The notes beneath the pieces were generated by a model that saw only the letters and a list, made by a program, of their open reading frames with translations, made no database searches and was not told the DNA's origin. A program made the translations under genes and the position numbers. A stretch of DNA of 61,405 bases from Corallococcus sp. (GTDB lineage Bacteria; Bacillota; Clostridia; Christensenellales; CAG-314): positions 1 through 61,405 of the forward strand of contig JAMPHX010000002.1 of NCBI GenBank assembly GCA_023663205.1, read 5' to 3'. Of the stretch, positions 43,200-53,691 are shown piece after piece; position 1 is the stretch's first letter, and every line of letters begins with the position of its first letter.

Positions 43200-44009
43200 C
43201 TATTCCTTGTCGCTGCCTAACGGTTGCTCGCCGACGTCGGGTTGACTTTCCTCATCTGCCGTGCCGCCAAGCAAAACCTCGCCATCCGTGCCGAGCGCCG
43301 ATTGTTCCGCGCACATATCTTCTTCACTGCCGTCAGTGCCGTTCAGTTGCGGTTGCTCTGCCGCTTGTGCAATGTTTGCGTTGCCGTAAAACGAACTTCC
43401 GAAGGTATCTTCATCGACTTGGCTTTGCCTAAGTTCCTTCATACGCTCTTTTTCCGTACGCAGCAAAAACTGCTTTTGATTCTCGTACAAACCGTTTTGT
43501 CTGCGGGCGATAAGCACTATCACAAGAGTTATTGCCAGCGACAGCGCATCGGTTGTTACAAACATTACAAACACATCTACAAAGGAATTGCCGTATATTG
43601 CCGCAACCGTCGCGCGCCCGAGTATTATCGAAAGGTAAACAATTGCAACGTGCAGTATTGTCAAAATCACCTTGGAACGGATTTTTTCTCTGCCTACAAA
43701 GTGCGTATACAGTATTGAAAGTGCGCAAAATGCGTTGCCTGCCGCGTATATTACGTATTGACTTACCGACGCGCCGCTTGCAACGGCAAGGGTAAGTCCT
43801 CCCAATACCGCGTGCATTACGCCCCAAGCGCCCCAACGCATTGTTACAAGCGCTACAATCGTATATACCAGCGTTACCACAAACGGCTGCTCGGGAAACC
43901 ATTTTTTTGCAGCGACGGTTATTATCGCTTCCAATGCGCACAGTATAACGGCAAATATAAGCAAATCCGCCGCGCGGTACTGTTTATAAGATAATGATTT
44001 TTGAGCCAT
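43200..44009 (-). CDS. Multi-TM membrane protein with acidic C-terminal tail (ECF S-component-like; unverified)
   Basis: The probable start MAQKSLSYKQYRAADLLIF follows AAAGGA. It has ~6 TM helices and then the ~90-aa polar tail ...EKERMKELRQSQVDEDTF. The ORF is open from 44051. Confidence 0.65.
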   Translation of the reverse strand: MAQKSLSYKQYRAADLLIFAVILCALEAIITVAAKKWFPEQPFVVTLVYTIVALVTMRWGAWGVMHAVLGGLTLAVASGASVSQYVIYAAGNAFCALSILYTHFVGREKIRSKVILTILHVAIVYLSIILGRATVAAIYGNSFVDVFVMFVTTDALSLAITLVIVLIARRQNGLYENQKQFLLRTEKERMKELRQSQVDEDTFGSSFYGNANIAQAAEQPQLNGTDGSEEDMCAEQSALGTDGEVLLGGTADEESQPDVGEQPLGSDKE

Positions 44010-44308
44010 ACAAATCCTTTGTTTGCGGTTATCCACAATTGTGGAGTACAATCGCCATGCTTGCTTTTTTACAAATCCGACAGGGCGTCGTGTTTGCGAT
44101 TAGCGTAGCCAACCGCAAACTGCCCATGGGCAGTTTAGTTATTTTTGTTTTTAAGTTGTACACATTTGCCATCTCTCGGCAGTTGCTTGTCTGCTCTTTG
44201 CGACAATTTTGCCGTGCGTGTTTCAAACGCTTTGTAAAAACTTTTGTTTGGTGTATAATTACTTCAAAATATTATTGATGTACAATACACATTTTGAGAG
44301 GAAACTAT

Positions 44309-45229
44309 ATGTCCGTAATTTACGCTCAAAAGGGCGACAACTTGCAACGCATTATCGACAGCCTCAAACCGTTTGACAAACTTGTAATCGGCAAGGGAGT
44401 TTTTAGACAAAAATTGAAAATCCGCGTGCCTGACGTTACAATTTGCGGAGAGTCCGCAGACCAAACCGTTATCGTTTACGGCGATTACGCCAAAATGACC
44501 GATTGCGACGGATTGGAACTTACCACCTTCAAGACTGCTTCTGTTGCGGTTTGCGCCGACGGCGTCACTATTGAAAACCTTTCCGTTATTAACGACGCAG
44601 GAAATCCCGAAACAAAAGGACAAGAGGTTGCGCTGTATGTATCTTCCGACCGCTTTTTTGCGCGTGACTGCACTATTGTTTCCACGCAGGATACGCTTTT
44701 TTGCGCGCCGCTTCCCGATGATTTGGTACTTAGATACGACGGGTTTTTGAAGGACGAATTGCGTTACAAAGAGGGCTGCTGCCGTCAAGTGTTTACCCGT
44801 TGCCGTATTTGCGGTACGGTCGATTTTATTTTCGGTACTGGCGATGCGCTGTTTGACGGCTGCACCGTTGTTTCCGCTTACGATGTGCGCAAGACAGGTT
44901 ACGTTGCGGCGCCCGCTCACAGCCTCAAACAAACGGTAGGGTTTGTTTTTGACAAATGCGCGTTTGTCTGCGATGACGGCGTTTTGCCGCAAAGCGTTTA
45001 CCTTGCGCGTCCTTGGCGCGACTTCGGCAAAGCAACCTTTGTTTGCTGTACCTATGCCGACCACATTGCACCATGCGGATTTGACAAGTGGAACGATACC
45101 GACCGCGACAGAACTGCGCGTTTTTACGAGTATCCTCTTGCGTCCGACCGCGTTGCTTGGGCAAAGCCTCTTGACGAAAAATCCGCCGCCCGACTTGCCG
45201 AGTTTTGCAAAAAGTATTTTGCCTTTTAG
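44309..45229 (+). CDS. Pectinesterase (CE8)
   Basis: Motifs are STQDTLFC, CGTVDFIFGTGDALF and YLARPWRDFG. The RBS GAGAGG precedes the ATG at 44309 (ORF open from 44294). Confidence 0.88.
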   Translation: MSVIYAQKGDNLQRIIDSLKPFDKLVIGKGVFRQKLKIRVPDVTICGESADQTVIVYGDYAKMTDCDGLELTTFKTASVAVCADGVTIENLSVINDAGNPETKGQEVALYVSSDRFFARDCTIVSTQDTLFCAPLPDDLVLRYDGFLKDELRYKEGCCRQVFTRCRICGTVDFIFGTGDALFDGCTVVSAYDVRKTGYVAAPAHSLKQTVGFVFDKCAFVCDDGVLPQSVYLARPWRDFGKATFVCCTYADHIAPCGFDKWNDTDRDRTARFYEYPLASDRVAWAKPLDEKSAARLAEFCKKYFAF

Positions 45230-45288
45230 ATGCTGCGTTTGCCGTATTTACGTCAAATGCCGTTTACATATTTTCGGGTGTTTACCGA

Positions 45289-45317
45289 CGCTTGCGCTTG
45301 TGCGCAGGCGTTTTTTA
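45289..45317 (+). terminator. Rho-independent terminator of the pectinesterase gene
   Basis: Stem CGCTTGCGC / GCGCAGGCG (one G:U pair), loop TTGT, followed by TTTTTTATT. Confidence 0.7.
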
Positions 45318-45503
45318 TTAGTTTAAACGACGTTTACGCACTGCATTGCAGATTATTTTGTTGCAATTTGTCGGTTGTTTGACTTTTTTGCAACAATTTG
45401 TCGACATTGCGCTTTGTTTGACAAACATTGTCGAATTTTGTAAATATCGGCAAAACTTTATGTTCGCGTCACTTATTGCACAAAATTGTTATGTTAAAAG
45501 CCT

Positions 45504-46898
45504 TTATTTTTCAAAATACTTTGCCGCGTTGTTGTAACAGATATCCTGCACAATTTTGCCTACAAACTCTATGTTGTCGGGATATTCGCCGTTTTCTATC
45601 AAATTGCCCAACTTGTTGCACAGTATTCTGCGGAAGTATTCGTGACGCGTGTAGGACAGGAAACTTCTGCTATCGGTAAGCATTCCCACAAACTTGCTTA
45701 TCAGTCCAACCTGCGACAATGCTTCCATTTGGCGTTCCATACCGTCCTTTTGGTCGTTGAACCACCATGCCGAGCCGTATTGCATCTTGCCGACTACGCC
45801 GCCCTGCTGGAAACAGTTGATGATTGTTGCAAGCGTTTCGTTATCGCGCGGGTTCAGACAATACAGTATTGTTTTGGGCAACTCGTCGGTGGCGTCCAAT
45901 GCGTCCAAAAGCGATGCGAGTTTCTTGGCAAAAGGCTGGTCTTCCATAGAATCGAAACCGGTATCCGCGCCCAATGTCTTCATATATCTTGACGAATTGT
46001 TGCGCAGCGCGCCTATGTGATATTGCTGCACCCATTTGTGCGCGCGGTACTGTCTGCCGAGAAATATGAGCAGATACCCTTTGTATTTTTCGACTTCGCT
46101 ATTTGTAAGCGGTTTGTTTGCAAGCGCCTTTTTGACAATTGCGTCTACTTCGCTTTGCGTAGCGGTTTCGTACATTACTACGTCCAATGCGTGGTCGGAA
46201 CACACACAGCCCGCTTTGTCGAAGTAATCTATGCGGCTTGCAAGCGCATCGAGCAAGGACTGTATGCCGTCAATGCGTATTTTTGCAACTTGGCTCAGTT
46301 TTTCGATGTAAGGCACAAATGTCGCAAGTTCGATATTTATCGCCTTGTCGGGACGGAAAGCCGGTTTGACTTCCACTGCAAATGTTTTGTCCTCGGCAAG
46401 AGCCTTGTGCCATTTGAGGTCGTCTATCGGGTCATCGGTGGTAAACAGTTTTTTTACGTTGGACGACTCTATCATTTTGCGCGCCGTGAGAGTTTTCAAT
46501 TTGGCGTTGGCTTCTTTGTATATTTCGTCCGCCGTTTCCATAGACAAAACTTTGTCTATTCCGAAAAACTTTTTAAGTTCCAAATGCGTCCAGTGGTACA
46601 AGGGATTGCCTATTGCATACGGTATGACTTCCGCATACTTCAAAAACTTGTCGTAATCGCTTTTGTCGCCCGTGATGTACGATTCGTCAATGCCCAGTTC
46701 TCGCAGCAGACGCCATTTGTAATGGTCGCCGCCCAGCCACGCTTCCGTAATGGAGCGGAACTGCTTGTCTTTGTAGATTTCCTCGCAAGAAAGGTGGCAG
46801 TGAAAATCGAATATCGGCATTTTTTCCGCATATCCGTGATACAGTTTCTTTGCCGTTTCCGTTTCCAAAAGGAAATCTTTATCCATAAATTTCTTCAT
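45504..46898 (-). CDS. uxaC: Glucuronate isomerase
   Basis: DFLLETETAKKLYHGYAEKMPIFDFHCHL...GDHYKWRLLRELGI...GNPLYHWTHLELKKFFGI is near-collinear with E. coli UxaC. Confidence 0.92.
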   Translation of the reverse strand: MKKFMDKDFLLETETAKKLYHGYAEKMPIFDFHCHLSCEEIYKDKQFRSITEAWLGGDHYKWRLLRELGIDESYITGDKSDYDKFLKYAEVIPYAIGNPLYHWTHLELKKFFGIDKVLSMETADEIYKEANAKLKTLTARKMIESSNVKKLFTTDDPIDDLKWHKALAEDKTFAVEVKPAFRPDKAINIELATFVPYIEKLSQVAKIRIDGIQSLLDALASRIDYFDKAGCVCSDHALDVVMYETATQSEVDAIVKKALANKPLTNSEVEKYKGYLLIFLGRQYRAHKWVQQYHIGALRNNSSRYMKTLGADTGFDSMEDQPFAKKLASLLDALDATDELPKTILYCLNPRDNETLATIINCFQQGGVVGKMQYGSAWWFNDQKDGMERQMEALSQVGLISKFVGMLTDSRSFLSYTRHEYFRRILCNKLGNLIENGEYPDNIEFVGKIVQDICYNNAAKYFEK

Positions 46899-46909
46899 TA
46901 TTTACCTCT

Positions 46910-48391
46910 TTACAGCGTAACGCCCGTTTTGAACAACGCTATATCGCGCGAGCCGTTTACTTCGTTGCGCGTTTGTTTGCCGTTTGCCGTTTCCGTAACC
47001 AAACTTAGCAACTGCATCAACTTTGTTTCAAAAGTATCGCCGTCGATTATCGAGCCTGCGTTGAAATCTATCCAGTTTTTCTTTTTTTCCGCAAGTTGGC
47101 TGTTGGTAGAAATCTTGACGGTGGGTACAAATCCTCCGAACGGCGTGCCTCTGCCCGTTGTAAACAGTACCATATGACAGCCGGCGGCTCCCAAGTTTGT
47201 TACCGCAACCATATCGTTTCCGGGACCGTTCAACAGGTTCAGTCCGTTTGCGCAAAGTTCGTCGCCGTCAAACAGCACGTCCTGCACTGCCGATGACCCG
47301 GACTTTTGCGTGCAACCCAGCGACTTGTCCTCCAAAGTGGTTATTCCGCCCGCCTTGTTGCCGGGAGAAGGGTTTTCGTACACCGGTTGATTGTTGCTCT
47401 GATAGTAATTTTTGAACCCGTTTACAAGGTTGACTATTTTGCCGAAGGTTGCCTCGTCCTTGGCGCGCGCCATAAGCAATTGTTCCGCGCCGAACATTTC
47501 GGGTACTTCCGTCAGCACGGTAGTGCCGCCGCACGCCGCAATGTAATCGGAAAATTTGCCAAGCAGCGGGTTTGCCGTTATTCCCGACAGTCCGTCGGAA
47601 CCGCCGCATTTTAGCCCTATCTTCAAACAGGATATATCGCACAAACTGCGGACGTCGTTTTTGGCAACGCTGTACAGTTCTGCCAAAATTTTGGTGCCTT
47701 CTTCTATTTCGTCCTCTACGTCCTGCGCTACGAGAAACCGTATGCGGCTGCCGTCGTACTGTCCGAGCGTTTCCTTGAACGCGCTTATTTGATTGTTTTC
47801 GCAACCCAAACCCAATACAAGCACTCCTCCTGCGTTGGGATGTTTGACTATGCGCTGCAACAGCCTTTTGGTACGCTCGTGGTCGTCGCCGGTTTGCGAA
47901 CAGCCGTACGGATGAGTATACGCATATACGCCGTCCACTCCGTCCAGTTGCGCCGCTTTGCCGACAAAACGCTTGACTATCGCCTGTGCCTGTGAGTTTA
48001 CGCAGCCTACCGTAGGTATTACCCACAATTCGTTGCGTATGCCTACTTCGCCGTTTGCGCGGCGGTAGACGTTTACTTTTAAGCCGTCGGCAATTTTTGT
48101 GTTTGTTTCACAGCGCTTGGGCAAATATTCGTATTGCAGTTGTCCGTCCAACTTTGTTTTGAGGTTGTGCGTATGAACGTGACTGCCTGCCGCGATATGT
48201 TGTGTGGCAACGCCTATTACTTCACCGTACTTTACAACGTCCTGTCCGCAATCGATATTGCGCAAACTGAACTTGTGCCCCTTTACTATATCTTCCGCAA
48301 GGGTAACCCCCTCGACCGTTTGTCCGCAGTTTAAGTTGCAAAGCGCAACCGCTACGTTGTCAAGCGGGTTTATTTTGATTGAATTTTTCAT
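46910..48391 (-). CDS. uxaA: Altronate dehydratase (start at MKNSIKINPLDNV; ORF open from 48574)
   Basis: IKINPLDNVAVAL...KGHKFSLRNI...VKYGEVIGVATQHIAAGSHVHTHNLKT matches the UxaA N-terminal SAF domain. Its ATG overlaps the uxaB TGA (ATGA). Confidence 0.9.
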   Translation of the reverse strand: MKNSIKINPLDNVAVALCNLNCGQTVEGVTLAEDIVKGHKFSLRNIDCGQDVVKYGEVIGVATQHIAAGSHVHTHNLKTKLDGQLQYEYLPKRCETNTKIADGLKVNVYRRANGEVGIRNELWVIPTVGCVNSQAQAIVKRFVGKAAQLDGVDGVYAYTHPYGCSQTGDDHERTKRLLQRIVKHPNAGGVLVLGLGCENNQISAFKETLGQYDGSRIRFLVAQDVEDEIEEGTKILAELYSVAKNDVRSLCDISCLKIGLKCGGSDGLSGITANPLLGKFSDYIAACGGTTVLTEVPEMFGAEQLLMARAKDEATFGKIVNLVNGFKNYYQSNNQPVYENPSPGNKAGGITTLEDKSLGCTQKSGSSAVQDVLFDGDELCANGLNLLNGPGNDMVAVTNLGAAGCHMVLFTTGRGTPFGGFVPTVKISTNSQLAEKKKNWIDFNAGSIIDGDTFETKLMQLLSLVTETANGKQTRNEVNGSRDIALFKTGVTL

Positions 48392-49848
48392 AACCTGCCG
48401 TTCAAAAACTCTTTGAGCGCACAGCGCATACCCGTTTTGTCCATTGCTTCCAAGCAGCGCGATACAAACCGTACGTTTTGCTCCGAAGCAAGGTTTTGTT
48501 CCCAAATGTTTTCCGCGGATAATGCAGCGCGCGCTATTTCCGTGTAACTGCCGTTTGCCCAAACGCCTTTCCAAAATGCAAGATTTTCTGCGCTATCTTG
48601 CAAGTTTATCGTCTGTCCGTTTCTGTCGCCCTTGAAGAAGGTGCACAATGCGGCAAACGCAAACATAATGTGTTTGGGCATTGCGTTGAATTTTGCAACG
48701 TAATCGTTGTACGTAGGAAGCAATCTTGTCCTGAATTTAACTGTGGAATTCAACGCGATGGACATAAGTTCGTGACGTATAAACGGATTTTCAAACCGTT
48801 CCGCCACGCTTGCGGCAAAGGCGTCGGTTTCCTCTTTGGGAAGGTTTATCGTAGGCTTTATCTCGTCGCCCACAAGTTGTTTGACAAACTTGCCGACATC
48901 TGCGTCGGTTATGCTTTCACGGACGGTATCGAGGTTGCACAAATACGCAACCGGTACCATTGCCGTATGCGCGCCGTTCAAAATTTTGACTTTTCTTTCC
49001 TTGTAAGGTTTGACGCTGTCGGCAAATACTACGTTTAGTCCCGTGCCTTGTACCGGCAATACCCGTTCCGCTGCGGGGTTGTGTTTGAGCACCCACAAAT
49101 GGAATATTTCCGCTTTTACTACGCTTGTATCGCTGTATCCCGTTTGCTTGTATATTTCTTCAACCGTATCACGCGGAAAACCTGGAACAATGCGGTCCAC
49201 AAGCGTATCGGTAAAACTGTTGGAGTTTACAAGCCAATCTACAAATTGCGGAGATTCGCCTCTTATTTGCGCAAGTTCCGTAAGAACGCTTTTGAGAGTT
49301 TCACCGTTGTTGTCGATAAGTTCGCACGGAATTATTACCAAACCTTTGTCTTTATCGCCTTGGAAGTAATTGTATCTTTCCTTCAACAGCGCCAGCAACT
49401 TTCCCGGAAAACTGTTTGGACACTTTGCAAAATCGGTATCGCTTGCGTCAAGCGCAATGCCCGCTTCGGTTGTGTTGGAAACTATCGCTTGCAAATCTTC
49501 GCTATGCGCATACGACAAATATTTGTCGTACTGCGTGTACGGATTTACAAAGTCGCCGAGCACGTCTATTATTTGTCTGTCGCTTACGGTTTTGCCTCCG
49601 TCTACTCCTTCCAAGCAAAGAGTATACAAGCCGTCTTGCTTTTGCAAGTCGGCAACTCTGCCCACAGGTACGGGCTGGACTACAACTACGCCTGCGTCCG
49701 TTTTGCCGCTGTCGTTGAGTTTTTGCAAAATCCAATCGACAAAAGCACGCAAAAAGTTGCCTTCGCCGAATTGCATTATCTTTATTTTTCTGTTTTGGGC
49801 AGAATAGTTTGTTCTGTTTAATTCTTTCATATATACAACTTCTTTCAA
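48388..49848 (-). CDS. uxaB: Tagaturonate reductase (altronate oxidoreductase)
   Basis: IMQFGEGNFLRAFVDW, SNTTEAGI, IIPCELIDNNG, STLVDRIVPGFPRD and KPYKERKVKILNGAHTAMVPVA are collinear with E. coli UxaB. Confidence 0.9.
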   Translation of the reverse strand: MKEVVYMKELNRTNYSAQNRKIKIMQFGEGNFLRAFVDWILQKLNDSGKTDAGVVVVQPVPVGRVADLQKQDGLYTLCLEGVDGGKTVSDRQIIDVLGDFVNPYTQYDKYLSYAHSEDLQAIVSNTTEAGIALDASDTDFAKCPNSFPGKLLALLKERYNYFQGDKDKGLVIIPCELIDNNGETLKSVLTELAQIRGESPQFVDWLVNSNSFTDTLVDRIVPGFPRDTVEEIYKQTGYSDTSVVKAEIFHLWVLKHNPAAERVLPVQGTGLNVVFADSVKPYKERKVKILNGAHTAMVPVAYLCNLDTVRESITDADVGKFVKQLVGDEIKPTINLPKEETDAFAASVAERFENPFIRHELMSIALNSTVKFRTRLLPTYNDYVAKFNAMPKHIMFAFAALCTFFKGDRNGQTINLQDSAENLAFWKGVWANGSYTEIARAALSAENIWEQNLASEQNVRFVSRCLEAMDKTGMRCALKEFLNGRL

Positions 49849-49850
49849 TA

Positions 49851-50933
49851 TTACTTTATTACGTTTTCCGTTTCCTTATCGAACAGATAAATGCTTTCGT
49901 AAGGTACGTAGAATCTCCATTCTTCATCGATTTGCGGCGTATAGTGCGGGTCTATCTTCAAGATGGCTTTGGTTTGTTCTATATCCGCATACACATTGGT
50001 GTTGTCGCCGAGAAGTTCCGTCAGTTCCACCTTGCAATCGAACGGTACGGCTTTGCCGTTGTCGTCCAAGATGACGGACTCGGGACGGAATCCCAATACT
50101 ATTTGTTTGCCTTCGTAGTCGGCAAGCGTTTGTTTGGAAGCAATGGGCTTCATATCGATATCGATTTGTCCGCAAATAAACCTGCCGTTCTTCAACTCGC
50201 CTTCCGCAAAGTTCATGGGCGGTTCGCCGATAAACCCTGCTACAAACATATTGACGGGGTTGAAATACAGTTCGTACGGCGTACCTACCTGCTGAACGTA
50301 ACCGTCTTTCATTACAACTATCCTGTCTGCCATTGTCATTGCTTCGGTTTGGTCGTGAGTTACGTACACGGTAGTCGCTTTGGTTTCGCGGTGAATCTGA
50401 ATGATTTCCGAACGCATGGTAACACGCTGTTTGGCGTCCAAGTTGGAAAGCGGTTCGTCCATAAGGAATACGCCGACTTTACGTATTATTGCGCGTCCGA
50501 CGGCAACTCTTTGACGTTGACCGCCCGACAGTGCGCGCGGTTTTCTGTCAAGATACTCCGTCAAACCCAATATCTTTGCCGTTGCGTTTACCTTTTGCTC
50601 GATTACGTCCTCGTCGACGCCTTCCAAACTGAGCCCGAATGCAAGATTGTCGTAAACCGTCATATGCGGGTACAGCGCGTAACTTTGAAACACCATGGCA
50701 ATTTGACGAGCACGCGGTCCCCAGTCATTGGCTTTTTTTCCGTCAATCAAAAAATCACCTTTGCTGATATTTTCAAGACCGGCTATCATACGCAAAGTTG
50801 TGGATTTGCCGCAGCCGGAAGGTCCTACAAATACGATAAACTCGCCCCTTTCGATTTCGAGATTGAAATCGTGCACTGCGTGAAAACCGTTGGGATAAAT
50901 TTTGTTGATGTCTTTCAATACTAAATATGCCAT
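49851..50933 (-). CDS. ABC importer ATP-binding protein (MsmX-like), no adjacent permease genes
   Basis: Motifs are VFVGPSGCGKSTTLRM, LSGGQRQRVAVGRAI and FLMDEPLSNLD. Confidence 0.88.
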   Translation of the reverse strand: MAYLVLKDINKIYPNGFHAVHDFNLEIERGEFIVFVGPSGCGKSTTLRMIAGLENISKGDFLIDGKKANDWGPRARQIAMVFQSYALYPHMTVYDNLAFGLSLEGVDEDVIEQKVNATAKILGLTEYLDRKPRALSGGQRQRVAVGRAIIRKVGVFLMDEPLSNLDAKQRVTMRSEIIQIHRETKATTVYVTHDQTEAMTMADRIVVMKDGYVQQVGTPYELYFNPVNMFVAGFIGEPPMNFAEGELKNGRFICGQIDIDMKPIASKQTLADYEGKQIVLGFRPESVILDDNGKAVPFDCKVELTELLGDNTNVYADIEQTKAILKIDPHYTPQIDEEWRFYVPYESIYLFDKETENVIK

Positions 50934-50977
50934 AGTTTTTCCCTTTTTGCCGTTTGGGCAAAGACGTAAATTTGTGT

Positions 50978-51814
50978 TTATTTCAACTCGGAATTATTTA
51001 TTCCGTCCATATCGGTAAAGGTTTGGTTTTCGCCGCACATACCCCAAATAAACGTATAGTTGTGCGTGCCTACTCCGCTGTGTATCGACCAACTGGGAGA
51101 TATTACCGCCTGTTCGTTGTGCATCATTATGTGACGGGTTTCTTCCTTTTGTCCCATAAGATGAACTACGAAATCTTCTTCTTTAAGTCCGAAGTACAAA
51201 TACACTTCCATTCTTCTTTCGTGAGTGTGACAAGGCATTGTGTTCCAGCAACTTGTTGCGTCCAACTCCGTCATACCCATTACCAACTGACAGGATTTGC
51301 ATACTGCCGGATGTACGTATTGGTTTATTACGCGTTTGTTGAGGTTTTCCGCATCGCCGCACGCAACGTGATTTGCCTTTTCCTTGGTGATAACAACCGT
51401 TTCGTACGCATGGTGTGCAGGTGCGGAATTGATATAGAACTTGGCGGGGTTTTTTGCGTCGGATGACTCGAATACCACCTCTTTGACGCCCATTCCCACA
51501 TACAATCCGTCGCTGTAATTTATTTCGTAGCGTTTGCCGTCAAGAATTACGGCGCCTTTTCCGCCGATGTTGATAACGCCCATTTCGCGGCGCTGCAAAA
51601 AATAGTCCGATGCAAGTTCCTTGGCTGTTCCCAAAGACAGTTTTTCCTTTACGGGCATTGCTCCGCCCGCTATTATTCTGTCTTGGTGCGAATATGTAAG
51701 CAAAATCTCGTCCGCCGCAAAAACCTTTTCAATCAAATAATGTCTGCGCAACTCCGCAGTATCGTACTTTTTGCTGTCATCGGGATGATTGCTGTATCTG
51801 ATATCTAATTTCAA
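50978..51814 (-). CDS. kduI: 5-dehydro-4-deoxy-D-glucuronate isomerase
   Basis: [18 protein letters not shown]...[35 protein letters not shown] is nearly identical in pattern to E. coli KduI. Confidence 0.92.
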   Translation of the reverse strand: MKLDIRYSNHPDDSKKYDTAELRRHYLIEKVFAADEILLTYSHQDRIIAGGAMPVKEKLSLGTAKELASDYFLQRREMGVINIGGKGAVILDGKRYEINYSDGLYVGMGVKEVVFESSDAKNPAKFYINSAPAHHAYETVVITKEKANHVACGDAENLNKRVINQYVHPAVCKSCQLVMGMTELDATSCWNTMPCHTHERRMEVYLYFGLKEEDFVVHLMGQKEETRHIMMHNEQAVISPSWSIHSGVGTHNYTFIWGMCGENQTFTDMDGINNSELK

Positions 51815-51825
51815 TTTTACTTCTC

Positions 51826-52656
51826 CTATAATCTTTGTCTAATATATTTTACCGCCGACTCTATGTCGGCTCCGACCGTGCCTTCCAACACCAAATTTGC
51901 TTGCGGATTGTATTTTGCAATCATAGGCAATATTACGTCGTAATCGAACAATCCTTTGCCTACTCCCACCTGTTTGAGATTGCCGTCTTGCACAACGCAG
52001 TCTTTGAGATGAAACGCGCATATTTTGTTTCCGAATGTTTCCAATCCGTATTGCAAAATTTTGTATCTGTCGTCAAAGTTTTCCGCAGAAAGATAGTTGT
52101 ACAAATCGAACACAACCTTGACGTTGTCGCGGTTTATCTTGCTTATTGCAAGGTTCAATCTATCCACATCGTAACATACGTGTCCGAACGCACCCTCTAC
52201 CGCAATAAAAGCGTTATTATCTCGGGCGTAATCGGCAAGTTCCGAAAACACGCCTACTACTCTTTCCAAGGCATCGTCTGTACGGTTCAGCGGATTGTAC
52301 GTCCACTTGTCGTCGTTGTACGAACCGGTTTCGGAAGCAACGATATTGCAGCCCAATGTGTTGCTTTCCCTAAGATAGTTGCGGAACACATCTATTCCCC
52401 GTGCCACCTTTTGCGTGTCCGAATGTACGGGATTGAAGTACGCTCCTACAAGAACTATACGCTTGTCCGCATTTGCAAATTCCGCCGAAACTTCTTCGGC
52501 ACGCTTATGAGTAAACGCATTTGCCGCATATTCCACATCCGGCAAAACCTTGTAAGATACCAACTGCGCGCCGTCAAAGCCGTATCTGCACAACTCGTCT
52601 ACAACCTCTTTGCAGCCTTTTACTCCAAAGTCGTGAGCGCGTATCGAAAGTTTCAT
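51826..52656 (-). CDS. Sugar-phosphate isomerase/epimerase (xylose-isomerase-like TIM barrel)
   Basis: 276 aa. The pattern IRAHDFG...[10 protein letters not shown]...FHLKD...LEG matches the AP_endonuc_2 TIM-barrel fold. Substrate unknown. Confidence 0.65.
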   Translation of the reverse strand: MKLSIRAHDFGVKGCKEVVDELCRYGFDGAQLVSYKVLPDVEYAANAFTHKRAEEVSAEFANADKRIVLVGAYFNPVHSDTQKVARGIDVFRNYLRESNTLGCNIVASETGSYNDDKWTYNPLNRTDDALERVVGVFSELADYARDNNAFIAVEGAFGHVCYDVDRLNLAISKINRDNVKVVFDLYNYLSAENFDDRYKILQYGLETFGNKICAFHLKDCVVQDGNLKQVGVGKGLFDYDVILPMIAKYNPQANLVLEGTVGADIESAVKYIRQRL

Positions 52657-53684
52657 TATCTTTGAACTCTGCCCGAAGCGTCGCCGTTCATAAGAGTTTC
52701 TACTTCCTCTTCGCTTACCAAGTTGAAGTCGCCCGGTATTGTGTGTTTAAGCGCGCTTGCCGCAACGGCAAATTCCAAAGCCTTTTTGTAATCGCCGAAT
52801 TTCAACAATCCGTGAATAAATCCGCCGGAAAAACTGTCTCCGCCGCCTACGCGGTCCACAATGCGGATTTCGTACTTCTTGGAGCGGTAAAACTCCTTTC
52901 CGTCGTACGCCAATGCGCTCCAACCGTTGTCGCTTGCGGAGTGAGATTCTCTCAAACTTGTGGCGATATATTTAAATCCGAATTTATCTTTCATCTTGGT
53001 AAAAATGTCTTTGTAACCTTCCAGTTCCAAATCGCCGCTTGTCACGTCGGTTTTGCCGGGTTTGAAGCCGAGACACTTTTCCGCGTCTTCTTCGTTGCCT
53101 ATGCACACGTCTACATACTTCATAAGTTTTGTCATGCACTCTTGCGCTTCGGCGCTGCTCCACAACTTTTTGCGGAAGTTGAGGTCGACCGAAACGGTAA
53201 CGCCGTGCTTCTTAGCGCAAATAAGCGCAGCCTCGACGACTTCGCGCGCCTTTTTGCCGAGCGCGGGAGTAATGCCCGTCCAATGGAACCAATCCGCGCC
53301 CTCGAAGATGGCGTCAAAATCGAAATCTTCCACGCTTGCTTCGGAAATAGAACTGTGCGCTCTGTCGTAAATTACCTTGGACGGCCGCATAGACGCGCCC
53401 GTTTCCAAAAAGTAAATGCCCACACGTTCCCCGCCGCGAGCGATATATGAAGTATTTACGCCCAATTGACGCAAACTGTTTACGGCGCACTGACCAATTT
53501 CGTGTTTTGGCAATTTGGTAACGAAATACGTATCGTGTCCGTAATTGGCAAGCGATACCGCGACGTTTGCTTCGCCGCCCCCGTATACTACGTCAAAATT
53601 GTTGCTTTGCACAAAACGGCTGTTTCCGTTTGTGGAAAGACGAAGCATAATTTCCCCCATTGTTACTACTTTTGACATTTTCAA
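52656..53684 (-). CDS. kdgK: 2-dehydro-3-deoxygluconokinase (PfkB family)
   Basis: MGEIMLRL..., GGEANVAVSLA, DLNFRKKLW and the C-terminal VDRVGGGDSFSGGFIHG (PfkB signature 2), in an operon with eda. Confidence 0.85.
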   Translation of the reverse strand: MKMSKVVTMGEIMLRLSTNGNSRFVQSNNFDVVYGGGEANVAVSLANYGHDTYFVTKLPKHEIGQCAVNSLRQLGVNTSYIARGGERVGIYFLETGASMRPSKVIYDRAHSSISEASVEDFDFDAIFEGADWFHWTGITPALGKKAREVVEAALICAKKHGVTVSVDLNFRKKLWSSAEAQECMTKLMKYVDVCIGNEEDAEKCLGFKPGKTDVTSGDLELEGYKDIFTKMKDKFGFKYIATSLRESHSASDNGWSALAYDGKEFYRSKKYEIRIVDRVGGGDSFSGGFIHGLLKFGDYKKALEFAVAASALKHTIPGDFNLVSEEEVETLMNGDASGRVQR

Positions 53685-53691
53685 TCTCCTT

